Source: an uncultured Gemmatimonadales bacterium
Lineage (GTDB): Bacteria; Gemmatimonadota; Gemmatimonadetes; Gemmatimonadales; GWC2-71-9
Direction: 5' to 3'
DNA length: 64,000 nucleotides
Assembly (NCBI GenBank): GCA_963739455.1
Contig: CAVUAK010000002.1
Location: 288,001-352,000 of the forward strand
Numbering within the stretch: position 1 is the first letter of the stretch; every line of letters begins with the position of its first letter. The notes below the pieces were generated by a model. That model was not told the DNA's origin. It did not search any database and saw only the letters and a list, made by a program, of their open reading frames with translations. Below, in pieces: positions 1-10,234 of this stretch. The position numbers and the translations under genes were made by a program.

Positions 1-55
1 CGGTGGAGCCCAGCACGGCGACACCGCGCGTGCGGCCGTTCACGCCGGGACTCAT
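1..55 (-). CDS. dxr: 1-deoxy-D-xylulose 5-phosphate reductoisomerase, N-terminal fragment (runs off window)
   Basis: Manual translation from ATG at 55 (ATGA overlap with cdsA stop): MSPGVNGRTRGVAVLGST, matching the Dxr N-terminal LGSTGSIG motif; dxr is a usual neighbour of frr-uppS-cdsA. Confidence 0.75.
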   Translation of the reverse strand, partial: MSPGVNGRTRGVAVLGST

Positions 56-937
56 CCGGGAATGCCGAAGAGGGTGTAGCAGAAGGCGGCGATCGGCAGC
101 GCGAAGTACAGCGAGTCGAACCGGTCGAGCACGCCGCCGTGCCCGGGAATCAGCGTGCTCGAGTCCTTCACTCCCACCTCGCGCTTGAACAGTGACTCCG
201 CAAGGTCGCCCAGCTGACCCAGCACCGAGATCAATGCAGCGATGACGAGCAGCGCCACCATGCCGGCACTTATCCCAACGCGCGGGAAAACGAGGTACGC
301 GAAGATCGGGGCCACCAGCAGGCCGCCAAGCACGCCCACCGTGGAGCCTGAGCGCGTCTTCCCTGGACTGATCGTCGGCGCGAGCTTCGCCCCGCCGATG
401 GCACGGCCACCCGACATCGCGGCGCTGTCGCACACCCAGATCACCACCATCGGGAAGAACACCAGCCAGGTGCCGGCCCATGACTGCCCGCCGAATACGC
501 CGTGGCGGATGCTGATGAGGAACGCCGGTAGCGCGCCGGCATACAGGACACCGAACGCGGTGACCGCAACGGCCTCGAGCGGCCGCTCGGTCGGCGCGCG
601 TCGCGCCAGCGCCCACACGAGGAGCGCCAGGACCCAGAGGGCGCCGAGGTAAGGCCACCATCCGAGCAACACCGATATGGAGGCGACACCCGCGAGTGGC
701 CCGCGCGGGCTCGCCAGCAGCGCGAGCGGGCCGCATAGCGCGGCGCTCGCGATGCCGAAGCGCCGCGCGGCATCGATGTTGTTCTTGAGGGCGAGGTCGT
801 AGAACTCACGGGTGCCCAAGCGCACTCACCAGCGACACGGTGATGGCGAGCGGCCAGCCCCCGAACCAGACGATGCCAAGGGCGAGCGGAATGGCGACGG
901 CGGCGAACGCCACCCGTCGCACCATGTTGGAATCCAT
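52..937 (-). CDS. cdsA: Phosphatidate cytidylyltransferase (frameshift near 815)
   Basis: KLAPTISPGKT, GDLAESLFKREVGVKDS, PGHGGVLDRFDS motifs; N-terminus MDSNMVRRV in another frame starting at ATG 937. Confidence 0.92.
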
Positions 938-1680
938 CAGACCGGGACGCGACCGAAGCGGCGATCGCGCCGTTGAAAGTCGAGGATCGCCTCGAAGAAA
1001 TGCTGGCGGGTAAAGTCGGGCCACAGGACCGACGACACATGGAACTCGGCGTACGCGAGCTGCCAGAGGAGGAAATTCGAGATGCGCTGCTCGCCGGAGG
1101 TGCGGATGAGGAGGTCGGGATCCGGCCATTCGGCGGTGTACAGGCGGCGCGCGAGCGCCTCCTCGTCAACCTGGTCGGCGACGATCCGGCCCGCAACGGC
1201 ATCCTGGGCCAGGATACGCGCCGCGCGCGTGATCTCGGCCCGCGACCCGTATGACACGCAGATGTTGAGGGCGAGCGCGTCGCCACCGGCGGTGGTCGCC
1301 ACGATCCGGTCCACCGCCTCGCGCGCCGACGGCACCAGCCGGTCGAGTTCACCGAGGAACCGGACGGCTACGCGCCGAGCCCGAAGGTCGGACATTTCCT
1401 TCTCGATGTACTCCTCGAGCAGGCTCATCAGTGCGGCGATCTCGTCGGCCGGGCGCTGCCAGTTCTCCTGGCTGAAGGCGAACAGCGTCAGCACCTCGAC
1501 GCCGGTGGCCAGGCATGCCTCGACCGCCTCACGCACCGCCGCCATGCCCGCCGCATGCCCCAGTGGGCGCGGCAGCGACCGGCCCTGCGCCCATCGCCCA
1601 TTGCCGTCCATGATGATGGCGACATGTGCCGGGATCGCCCCGTTCAGGCGAATGCGCTGCAGGAGCGCGTCATCGCTCAC
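937..1680 (-). CDS. uppS: Undecaprenyl diphosphate synthase (isoprenyl transferase)
   Basis: PAHVAIIMDGNGRWA, FSQENWQRP, DLLIRTSGEQRISNFLLWQ; probable GTG start at 1680. Confidence 0.95.
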   Translation of the reverse strand: MSDDALLQRIRLNGAIPAHVAIIMDGNGRWAQGRSLPRPLGHAAGMAAVREAVEACLATGVEVLTLFAFSQENWQRPADEIAALMSLLEEYIEKEMSDLRARRVAVRFLGELDRLVPSAREAVDRIVATTAGGDALALNICVSYGSRAEITRAARILAQDAVAGRIVADQVDEEALARRLYTAEWPDPDLLIRTSGEQRISNFLLWQLAYAEFHVSSVLWPDFTRQHFFEAILDFQRRDRRFGRVPV

Positions 1681-1681
1681 G

Positions 1682-2236
1682 TCACACTTCCATGATCTCC
1701 GCTTCCTTCGACTTGATGATCTCGTCGATCTGGCGGATGTGCTCATCGGTGAGCTTCTGGACGTCCTTCTCGGCCCGCGTCTTGTCGTCTTCCGAGATGT
1801 GCTCGAGCTTCTTGATCTTCGTCAGCGTGTCCGTGCGGCCATGCCGCACCGCGACGCGTCCTTCCTCGGCCAGCTTGTGGACGATCTTCACCAGGTCCCG
1901 CCGGCGCTCCTCCGAGAGCGGCGGCAGCGGGATGCGGATCAGGTTGCCCTGCGTCGAGGGGTTCAGGCCAAGGTCACCATCGCGAATCGCCTTGTCGATG
2001 GCCTGCGTGAGGCCCTTGTCGAAGGGCTGCACCGTGAGCAGTCGCGGCTCGGGCGCGGCGACCATGGCCACCTGGTTGAGCGGCACCTGCGACCCATAGG
2101 CATCCACCCGGACCAGGTCGAGCAGGCTGGTGCTGGCCTTGCCGCTGCGGATGGTGCTCAACTCGCGGCGCGTGGCGTCGACCGCCTTCGCCATGAGTTC
2201 GCGCCCGTGCTTGGTGATTTCGGGAATGGTCTTCAT
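1682..2236 (-). CDS. frr: Ribosome recycling factor
   Basis: [41 protein letters not shown] at 2236. Confidence 0.97.
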   Translation of the reverse strand: MKTIPEITKHGRELMAKAVDATRRELSTIRSGKASTSLLDLVRVDAYGSQVPLNQVAMVAAPEPRLLTVQPFDKGLTQAIDKAIRDGDLGLNPSTQGNLIRIPLPPLSEERRRDLVKIVHKLAEEGRVAVRHGRTDTLTKIKKLEHISEDDKTRAEKDVQKLTDEHIRQIDEIIKSKEAEIMEV

Positions 2237-2943
2237 TGGACGATGGTTCCCTCGGTGTCTCCGCGGATTACGCGGGCCAGGGCGCCGGGCCGGTTGATGT
2301 TGAAGACGATGATCGGCAGCTGGTTTGCCTTGCACAAGCCGAAGGCATTGGCGTCCATGACCGCGTAATTCTTGACGATGGCTTCCTGGAACGTCAGCTG
2401 CGGGATGAACTCGGCCTTGCTGTCCTTCTTCGGGTCGGCGGTGTAGATGCCGTCCACATTGGTGCCCTTGAGCACCACCTCGGCCTCCATCTCCAGCGCC
2501 CGCAGCACGCCGGCGGTGTCAGTGGAGAAGAAGGGGTTGCCGGTGCCGGCGGCGAAGATCACGATGCGACCCTTTTCCAGGTGCCGCATGGCACGGCGGC
2601 GGATGTACGGCTCCGCCACCGATTCCATCCGGATCGCCGTCATGACCCGCGTCTGCATGCCGAACTGCTCGAGCACGCCCTGCAGCGCCAGCGCATTGAT
2701 GACCGTGCCCAGCATGCCCATGTAGTCGGCGGACACGCGGTCGAGTCCCTCACTGCTGGCGGTTGCACCGCGAATGATGTTGCCGCCGCCAATGACCAGC
2801 GACAGGCGGGCGCCGAGCGCATGCACCGAACGGATCTCCTCGGCGAGGTTCTCGAGGATCTGTGAGTCGAAGCCAAAGCCACGCTCCCCGGCGAGTGCCT
2901 CGCCGGAGAGCTTGAGCAGTGCGCTCTGGTACTTCAGCGCCAT
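2233..2943 (-). CDS. pyrH: UMP kinase
   Basis: [41 protein letters not shown]. Confidence 0.97.
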   Translation of the reverse strand: MALKYQSALLKLSGEALAGERGFGFDSQILENLAEEIRSVHALGARLSLVIGGGNIIRGATASSEGLDRVSADYMGMLGTVINALALQGVLEQFGMQTRVMTAIRMESVAEPYIRRRAMRHLEKGRIVIFAAGTGNPFFSTDTAGVLRALEMEAEVVLKGTNVDGIYTADPKKDSKAEFIPQLTFQEAIVKNYAVMDANAFGLCKANQLPIIVFNINRPGALARVIRGDTEGTIVQ

Positions 2944-3806
2944 CAGGCTTCGCCGACCTTGAACCGCGCGAACCGGACGACGCGCGCCCCGGACACCGCG
3001 GCCACCAGCTGGCCGACGTTCTTCGTCTCGTCCTTGATGAAGATCTGCTCGAGCAGGGCACGCTCGCTCGCGAACTTCTTGAGCTTCCCCTCGACGATCT
3101 TCGCCCGGATGTTCTCGGGCTTTCCCTCGGCCGCGACCTGCTCCTCGGCAATACGACGCTCGCGCTCGAGCAGCTCCGCATCGATGTCGGCAGCCGCCAC
3201 CGCGAGCGGATCGGCAGACGCGACATGCAGCGCCAGGTCCTTCGCGAGCGCGACGGCCGCCTCGCCCGTGGCGCCCTCGATTTCCACCAGCGTGCCGACC
3301 TGCTCGTTGTGATGCAGGTAGTGGCCGACGACACCGTTGGCCGGCGCGAACCGCGCGATCCGGCGCAGCTGCACCGCCTCGCCGGTCTTGGCACTGGTGG
3401 CCTTCACGACCTCGTCCACCGTCGACCCGGCGTACGGCGTCTTGAGGAAAGCGCCATCAGCGCCCACCTCGGTGACGCCCGTCGGGCGCCGACTTGGCGA
3501 CCAGCGAGGTCAGGCCGTTGAGCACGGCGTGATACTCCTCGGTCCGCGCGACGAAGTCCGTCTCGCAGTCGAGCTCGATCATGCCGGCCGAGGTGCCGCC
3601 CAGGACCTCGATGCCAATGAGGCCCTGCGACGCGCTGCGGCCGGCCCGCTTCTCGGCCTTGGCGATGCCCTTGGCGCGCAGCAGCTCGCCGCCTTCGCCA
3701 TGTCGCCGCCCGCTTCCTCGAGGGCCTTCTTGCAGTCGCCGATGCCCGCCCCGGTCCGCGCACGGAGCTCGCTGATGTCCTTCGTCGAGATCGTCATTCC
3801 CGTCAT
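2943..3806 (-). CDS. tsf: Elongation factor Ts (several frameshifts)
   Basis: [17 protein letters not shown] (ORF 3579..3806) and [15 protein letters not shown]...FARFKVGE (ORF 2943..3467); located between rpsB and pyrH. Confidence 0.93.
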
Positions 3807-3899
3807 TTTTCCAGTTCCCTGTTGTGTATGCGAAAGCCGCCGTTCCGCGCCCGCACGGGCCCGAAGCGGCGGCTCAAGTTCCGAAGCTACCGTCCTCGC

Positions 3900-4787
3900 T
3901 TACGCGCCCGTCGTCTCGCCGGCAACCGCCTCAGCCGTTTCCGGCGTGCCGTCGGTCTTCAGCCGTGCGGCAATGGCCTCCGGCTTCGGCCGGCGCTTGC
4001 GGCGCGGCCGGCGACGGCGACGCTCGGCGTCGGTGTCACCCTCACCACCGGTGTCGCTGCTGTACGTCTCGGCCTCGACATCCTCGCCCGACGTCGCGCG
4101 TCGGCGCGCTCGCACGGGCCTCGCGGATCTCGTCGCACAGCGCCTGCGTGATCAGGCCGACCGACCGGATCGCGTCGTCGTTGCCCGGCACCGGCACCGT
4201 GATGACATCGGGATCGGCGTTGGTGTCCACAATGGCCACCACCGGGATGCCGAGCTTGTTGGCCTCGCTGACCGCGATACGCTCCTTCTTCGCGTCGACC
4301 ACGAAGAGGGCGCCCGGGAGCCGGCTCATGTGCTTGATGCCCTCGAGGTTGCGCGACAGCTTCACGCGCTCACGCTCGAACAGCAGCTTTTCCTTCTTGG
4401 TGTAGTTCTCGAAGTCGCCGTCCGACGCGCCCTGCTCGAGTTCACGCAACCGGCGGATCTGCTTCTTGATCGTCGCGAAGTTGGTGAGCGTGCCGCCGAG
4501 CCAGCGCTCGGTGACGTAGAACGCGCCGCAGTTGGCGGCGTCCTCTGAAGGACACCCTTCAGCTGCTTCTTGGTGCAGACGAAGAGCACGTTCTCGCCCT
4601 TCTGCACCACGCCACGGAGGAGCTCCTGCGCCTTGGCGATCTGGCGGAGCGTCTTCTGCAGGTCGATGATGTAGATGCCGGAACGCTCGGCGAAGATGAA
4701 CCGGCGCATCTTCGGGTTCCAGCGGCGGGTCTGGTGCCCGAAATGGACACCGGCTTCGAGCAGGTCCTGGAGCTGAGGCTGCGACAT
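3900..4787 (-). CDS. rpsB: 30S ribosomal protein S2 (frameshifted)
   Basis: [46 protein letters not shown] spread over three frames; ATG at 4787. Confidence 0.95.
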
Positions 4788-4812
4788 GCGGAGTGGTGCG
4801 TCCTTCCTTCGT

Positions 4813-4924
4813 TGGGGTTGATCGTCCATCGCGTTCATCGGCGGCTGGATCCCTCGCCCTGGCGACCTCGCGGGCCGCAACTCGAGCTCTGGACACCCCG
4901 GCCTGCCTCCAGCGATGTGCGTGA
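4813..4924 (-). ncRNA. Putative S2-binding rpsB leader (t44-like cis-regulatory RNA)
   Basis: Minus strand reads CACGCACATCGC...GGGGTGTCC...GCGATGGACGATCAACCCC just upstream of rpsB; CATCGC/GCGATG can pair; resembles known rpsB leader features. Confidence 0.55.
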
Positions 4925-4980
4925 TGCGCGGAAACCTTCCCGCGCGTCGGGCGGCCGAATAGTGGCCGCCCGAAAATCGA

Positions 4981-5386
4981 CTACCGCTTGCTGAACTGGA
5001 ACCGCTTGCGGGCACCAGCGCGGCCCGGCTTCTTGCGCTCGACGGCGCGCGGATCGCGCGTCATCAGGCCCGCGGCACGGAGCTTCGTGCGGTGCTGGCC
5101 GTCGGCCTCCACCAGCGCGCGCGCGATCGCGTGGCGCAGTGCACCGGCCTGGCCGGTCATGCCGCCGCCATTCACGATGCGCCCGCACGTCGAACGCGCC
5201 GAGCGTGTCCGTCGTGGTGAACGACTGCTGGATGTGCTGCACCAGCGAGGGCCGCGGGAAGTAGTCGCCCAGCGTGCGGCCGTTCACGTCCCACTTGCCG
5301 GTGCCCGGCGTGAGATAGACCCGGGCCACGCTCGTCTTGCGTCGGCCAACAGCCTGCCAGCGGAACTGATCGAGCGTGGCGCTCAT
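4981..5386 (-). CDS. rpsI: 30S ribosomal protein S9 (frameshift near 5180)
   Basis: [12 protein letters not shown] at the N-terminus; [19 protein letters not shown]...RKRFQFSKR at the C-terminus. Confidence 0.96.
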
Positions 5387-5838
5387 GCGGTCGCCTTCTT
5401 GTACGCGGTAACGGTGAACGGCTTCGGCTGCTGCGCGACGTGCGGATGCTCGGCACCAGCGTAGACCTTGAGCTTGCCCCGCATGTGCTGCTTCGCCAGC
5501 GAGTTCTTCGGCAGCATGCCGAACACGGCCTTCTCGATGACGCGGTCCGGATGCGTGTCCATCATGTCACGCGCCACCGTGTGGCTCTCGTGACCCATGT
5601 ACCCGGTGTGCTTGAAGTACGTCTTCTGGGTCAGCTTGCGGCCGGTGAACTTCACCTTGGCCGCATTGAGCACGATGACGAAGTCGCCACCGTCCATGTG
5701 CGGCGTGAACGTCGGCTTGTGCTTGCCGCGAATCAGCTGCGCCACGACGCTGGCGAGTCGGCCGAGGGGAACGCCCGCGGCGTCAACCACATGCCAGTCG
5801 TGCGAGATGTCGCTTGGCGTGGCGGAAAAGGTCTTCAT
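5383..5838 (-). CDS. rplM: 50S ribosomal protein L13
   Basis: WHVVDA, LGRLAS, RGKHKPTFTPHMDGGDFV, GMLPKN, HPHVAQQP. Confidence 0.98.
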   Translation of the reverse strand: MKTFSATPSDISHDWHVVDAAGVPLGRLASVVAQLIRGKHKPTFTPHMDGGDFVIVLNAAKVKFTGRKLTQKTYFKHTGYMGHESHTVARDMMDTHPDRVIEKAVFGMLPKNSLAKQHMRGKLKVYAGAEHPHVAQQPKPFTVTAYKKATA

Positions 5839-5890
5839 TGTCCACTACTCTCGAGAGTCTGGTAATCGAGCCAAATCAAGACAGACTCAC

Positions 5891-5920
5891 AAGATACCTC
5901 GAAATCAGAGCTCGGGTCAA
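5891..5920 (-). promoter_or_regulatory. Putative sigma70 promoter for the rplM operon
   Basis: Minus strand TTGACC-18 nt-TATCTT about 53 nt upstream of the rplM start. Confidence 0.55.
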
Positions 5921-6430
5921 GCCCCGGGCACGGGGCCCAATTGGAGGAGGACCTGCCCCTTCTCGACCGCCTGACCCGGCTGGACCGGAATGGCCGTCAC
6001 TACCCCCGGCGCGGACGCCTTGATCTCGTTTTCCATCTTCATCGCCTCGAGCACCAGGACCCCCTGCCCCGGCGCCACCGGTCTGCCCCACCGTCGCCAG
6101 GATCCGGAGCACCAGGCCCGGCATCGGCGCCCGGATGACACCCCCCTGAGAGGGCGCTTCGGCCTGCCGGACCAGGCCCTGAATGTGGCGCGCCCGCTCA
6201 TCCAGCACCGTCGCGTCGGTCCGCTCCCCCCAGGCCGTCACCGACCAGCGCCCGGCTCCCAGGCGCTCGAGCGGCACCAGCAGGGCCCGGCCATCGATCG
6301 TGACCTGGCGCAGCGGAGTTCCCGGGATGGCCGACTGGCGCACTGCGACCGTCCGTCCGTCTACCGTGACCCGCTCACCGTCGATGACCACCTCGAGCTC
6401 CCGGCCGCCAATCGTCACGAAGTACTTCAT
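5917..6430 (-). CDS. Biotin carboxyl carrier protein (BT plus biotinyl domain; frameshift)
   Basis: MKYFVTIGGRELEV N-terminus, IRAPMPGLV, VLEAMKMENEI biotinylation motif. Confidence 0.9.
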
Positions 6431-7686
6431 GCGCGTTCCAGGACGGCGACGGTTTCGACGTGCGCCGTCTGGGGAAAGAGGTCGAAGGCCCTGGAGGTCG
6501 GTGAGCCGCCAGCCCTCGCCCAGGCCCCGGAGATCGCGCCCGAGCGTGGCCGGATCGCAGGAGACGTAGACGAGGCGACGCGCGGACGAGGCGCCGATCG
6601 CCTGCACGACGCGCGCATCCATGCCGGTCCGCGGCGGGTTGGTGATCACGAAATCGGGCGGTCGCATCGTGTCGATGACATTCTCCACCTTCGCGGCGTG
6701 CGCACGCAGGTCACCCCGTCGCCCCGCTCGACTCGGCGAGACGAACCGCCCTCGACGTCCGACTCGACGCTCTCGACTCGCGCGCCGCGCTCCAGCAGCA
6801 TCCGGCTGGTCTCGCCGATACCGGCGTAGAGGTCCCATCCTGCCTGATCGCGCACGTCCCCCAGCGCATTCACCGCCCACGCGCGAACGCGGTCGCCCAT
6901 CGACGGATTCACCTGCTCGAACACCGTCGCCGGAAAAGCCACGCTCTCGCCCACGACGCGGGCCGCACCCTCGGGTGGCTGCCACCAGACCGTGACATTG
7001 GGCAACCGCGCCCGCAACGTGTCCACCAGCCGCCTGGCGTCGGGCCAGGCGGGGTCACGCCACGCACCATGACGTGCCGGGCCCCACCGCGCTCGAGCCG
7101 GAGCGTCAGGGAGTCGAACCGGGCCGGGAGCAACCGGCGCAACAGGCGCACGACACTCCACAGCTCCTGCACCGACGGTTCCGTGATGTGACAGGTCTCG
7201 AGGTCGAAGATCTCGCCCGGCTGACCAAGTCGGTGGAAGCCGATGCGACGACCATCGGCGACTCTGGTGCAGCGTGATGCGCGCGCGATACCCCCAGTCG
7301 CTGGCCGCCGGTTCCAGCGACGGGTCCGCCACCTCGAGGCGACCGACCCGGCGCAGGGCATCGCCCACGATGGCGCGACGCGCCTGGCGCTGCGCTTCAG
7401 GCCCGAGATGCTGGAGCTGGCACCCGCCGCAGCGATCGCGCTCATAGTGCGGACAGCGCGGCGCCACGCGACCGGGTCCCGGCTCCACGATCCGGCCGAT
7501 GCGGGCCCGCGCGAAGGAGCGCTGCCGCGTCACCTGCGCGAGTTCAAGGAGGTCACCCGGCGCACTGCGCGGCACGAACACCGCCCGCCCATCCTGGAGG
7601 TGACCGATGCCGTCGCCACCGGCCGCGATCCGCTCGATGCGCACCGACTCGACGGCGCCATCGTCCGGCGCCGCGCCGCGCGTCAG
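6427..7686 (-). CDS. RlmD/TrmA-family RNA uracil-5-methyltransferase with TRAM domain (several frameshifts; start approximate)
   Basis: CPHYERDRCGGCQLQH Fe-S motif, FEQVN, WDLYAGIG, NPPRTG, YVSCDPATLGRD, FDLFPQTAHVE. Confidence 0.88.
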
Positions 7687-9178
7687 CGGACGCTGGTCGC
7701 GTCTGGCGGCGTCGAGCCATGCGCTGCGCTGCGTCGCGACGTCCGCCGCCGCCGGGGCCCGACTCTCGCGAGCCTCGTCCTCGGCCACGGCGATTGCGAC
7801 CGCGAGATCGGCGACGAGGTCACCATCCGCTGACGCCGCCAGCAGGTCCGGCCGGCGTTCCAGCAACTGAATGTCGAACTGGCCCTCGCGGAAGGCATCA
7901 TCGGCCATCAGGCGCCGATGGAACGACTGGTTCGTCGCCACACCGGCGATGAGCAGCTCATCGAGCGCGCGCCCCATGCGCGCGATCGCATCCGCCCGGT
8001 TCGGCGCCCACACAATCAGCTTGGCGAGAAGCGAGTCGTAGTAGAGCGTCACCTCGTTGCCGACCTCGACGCCCGAGTCCCAGCGAACCCCCGGTCCGCC
8101 GGGGACCCGGAGGGCCGTGATGCGGCCCGTCGACGGGAGAAATCCCGTCGCCGGATCCTCGCTCGTGATGCGGCACTCGATCGCCCAGCCGCGCGGATGC
8201 AGGTAGGTGCTCGGCACCGCCATCGGGAGACCCTGCGCAATGCGAAGCTGTTCCCGCACCAGGTCGACACCGAAGACCAGTTCGGTGACCGGATGCTCCA
8301 CCTGGATGCGCGTGTTCATCTCCAGGAAGTAGAACGAACCACCCGGGCGCGAGCAGGAATTCCACCGTGCCGGCACCGCGATATCCCACCGCCTCGGCGG
8401 CGGAGACGGCGGCCTGGCCCATCCACTCGCGCAGCTCCGAGGAGACCGCCACCGACGGCGCCTCCTCGACGAGCTTCTGGTGCCGACGCTGGATGGAGCA
8501 CTCGCGTTCACCGAGGTGCACCGTCCGGGCCTCGTCGGCCAGCACCTGGATCTCGATGTGCCGCGGCCGCTCGATGTACTTCTCGAGATAGACACGCGGA
8601 TCGCCGAACGCCTTCTCCGCCTCCGAGGCCGCAGTCTCCAGTGCCGCGCGCAACTCACCTGGTGCGCGCACCACGCGCATGCCGCGCCCACCGCCACCCG
8701 CCGAAGCCTTCACCATCAGCGGGAACCCGATTTCCTCGGCCACCAGCCGCGCGCTCTTGAGGTCGGCGACCGGGGTGACGGCTCCCGGCACCACCGGCAC
8801 GTTGGCGAGCTGCATCCGTCGGCGCGCCTCGGTCTTGTCGCCCATGGCGCGGATGGCGTCAGCCGGCGGCCCGATCCATGTCAGGCCGGCGCCGGTCACG
8901 GCATCGGCGAACGTCGCCCGCTCCGCGAGGAATCCGTACCCGGGATGGATCGCATCAGCGCCACTCGAAGCCGCCGCCTCGAGCAGGCGCGCCACATTGA
9001 GGTAGCTCTCGGATGCGGGCGAGGCGCCGATATGGATGGCGCGATCGGCCGCCTGCACATGAGGACTCGTGCGGTCGGCGTCCGAGTACACGGCGACGGC
9101 CTCGATGCCATCCTCGTGACAGGCGCGCACGATCCGCAGGGCGATCTCCCCGCGGTTCGCAACCAGGACTCTTTTCAC
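7683..9178 (-). CDS. accC: Biotin carboxylase subunit of acyl-CoA carboxylase (frameshifted)
   Basis: KRVLVANRGEIA, HPGYGFLAE, GGGGRGMR, ERECSIQRRHQK, EMNTRIQVEHPVTE, YYDSLLAKLIV. Confidence 0.93.
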
Positions 9179-9194
9179 GATGGCTTGGGCGTCG

Positions 9195-10166
9195 TCAGGG
9201 GCGACAGGCGGCCGGCGGGGAGTTTGCGAAGACGGGCTGGAGCACGGGGCACAGGAGCACGTTGTAGCGGGAAGCCCCGTCATAGACTTCGCGCACGTCG
9301 GCAACCCACGCGGATGCGTCGCCCTTGCTGGCCTCGAGTACGGCGGTAAAGGCGAGCGCATCGCCAGCCGGGGCGTCGTCGCGATTCACCCGCACGAGGC
9401 GGCTCGCGTGCCAGGGCATGTCGGGAATGGCCGCCGCGTCGGTGGCCGGGGCAATGCAGATCGGGCGCCGACTCGCAGCATCGGCAAGCGCGCTCCGCAG
9501 AGACAGCGCGGGATCGACCTGCAGCAGTTCCGCCGCGCGCTTGCGATACACCGCGTCGGAGACGTACAGGTCGGGACGAATCGGGACCACATCGGCGCGC
9601 TCGCGGGACGAAAGCGCTGCCTGCCATACCGCTACGGCTTCGATATCGCCCCCGGTAACCAGCACGCCACCGGAGGGACAGGAGCGGAGCAGGTTCTGCC
9701 CCAGTTCGGCGAGCTCAGGCGGAAGCTGCGTGTGTGACACACGCTGCCACTGGGCACGGGCGGTGGCCCATCCCAACACCTCGAAGACAACGAGCGCGCG
9801 GTCGATCTCCACCTCGGTGTGCAGCACGGAACTCGAGTCGGGCACCAGCCGCTCCGCCTGGTCGAATGCCGCCTGTGCAAAATCGAGCAGCAGCGCACCA
9901 TCAGGTTCACCCTGATGCCGAGCGTGCCATTCACTGATTTCGATGAGGTAGAGACGACCGAGTTGCAGCCAGGCATGACCATCGTCGGGCGCCACGGCGA
10001 GGTAGCGGCCCAGCATGTCGGTGGCCACGCTCCGCTCGCCCTGGCGTACCAACTCGGCCGCGCGTACTGGCATTCGCGGGTCGATGGCGCCTTGTGCCGC
10101 AAGCAGCGTAGGAACACCCGACAGGCAGAAACCGAGCAGGAGTCGGCTCGTTACAAGTCGAGGCAT
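9195..10166 (-). CDS. Exported hypothetical protein; TPR-like N-terminus, C-terminal half resembling the DUF2723/TMEM260 soluble domain
   Basis: 323-aa intact ORF, signal-peptide-like N-terminus, NLLRSCPSGGVLVTGGDIEAVAVW...RADV segment. Confidence 0.7.
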   Translation of the reverse strand: MPRLVTSRLLLGFCLSGVPTLLAAQGAIDPRMPVRAAELVRQGERSVATDMLGRYLAVAPDDGHAWLQLGRLYLIEISEWHARHQGEPDGALLLDFAQAAFDQAERLVPDSSSVLHTEVEIDRALVVFEVLGWATARAQWQRVSHTQLPPELAELGQNLLRSCPSGGVLVTGGDIEAVAVWQAALSSRERADVVPIRPDLYVSDAVYRKRAAELLQVDPALSLRSALADAASRRPICIAPATDAAAIPDMPWHASRLVRVNRDDAPAGDALAFTAVLEASKGDASAWVADVREVYDGASRYNVLLCPVLQPVFANSPPAACRP

Positions 10167-10234
10167 CGCTTGAAGATGGCCTCCGGACCGCCGGGGTGCA
10201 AGGCTCGGCGGTTACCGCCTCCGGCCGAGGGGCG

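Noticed and set aside
2943..5386. Pseudogenisation or programmed frameshifting of tsf, rpsB and rpsI
   Set aside because: These are essential genes, indels occur throughout the window and no consistent slippery motif was seen; sequencing error is more parsimonious
6646..8697. Biotin carboxylase-methyltransferase fusion ORF (683 aa)
   Set aside because: A stop at 7683 in a neighbouring frame and the local indel rate point to an artefactual join
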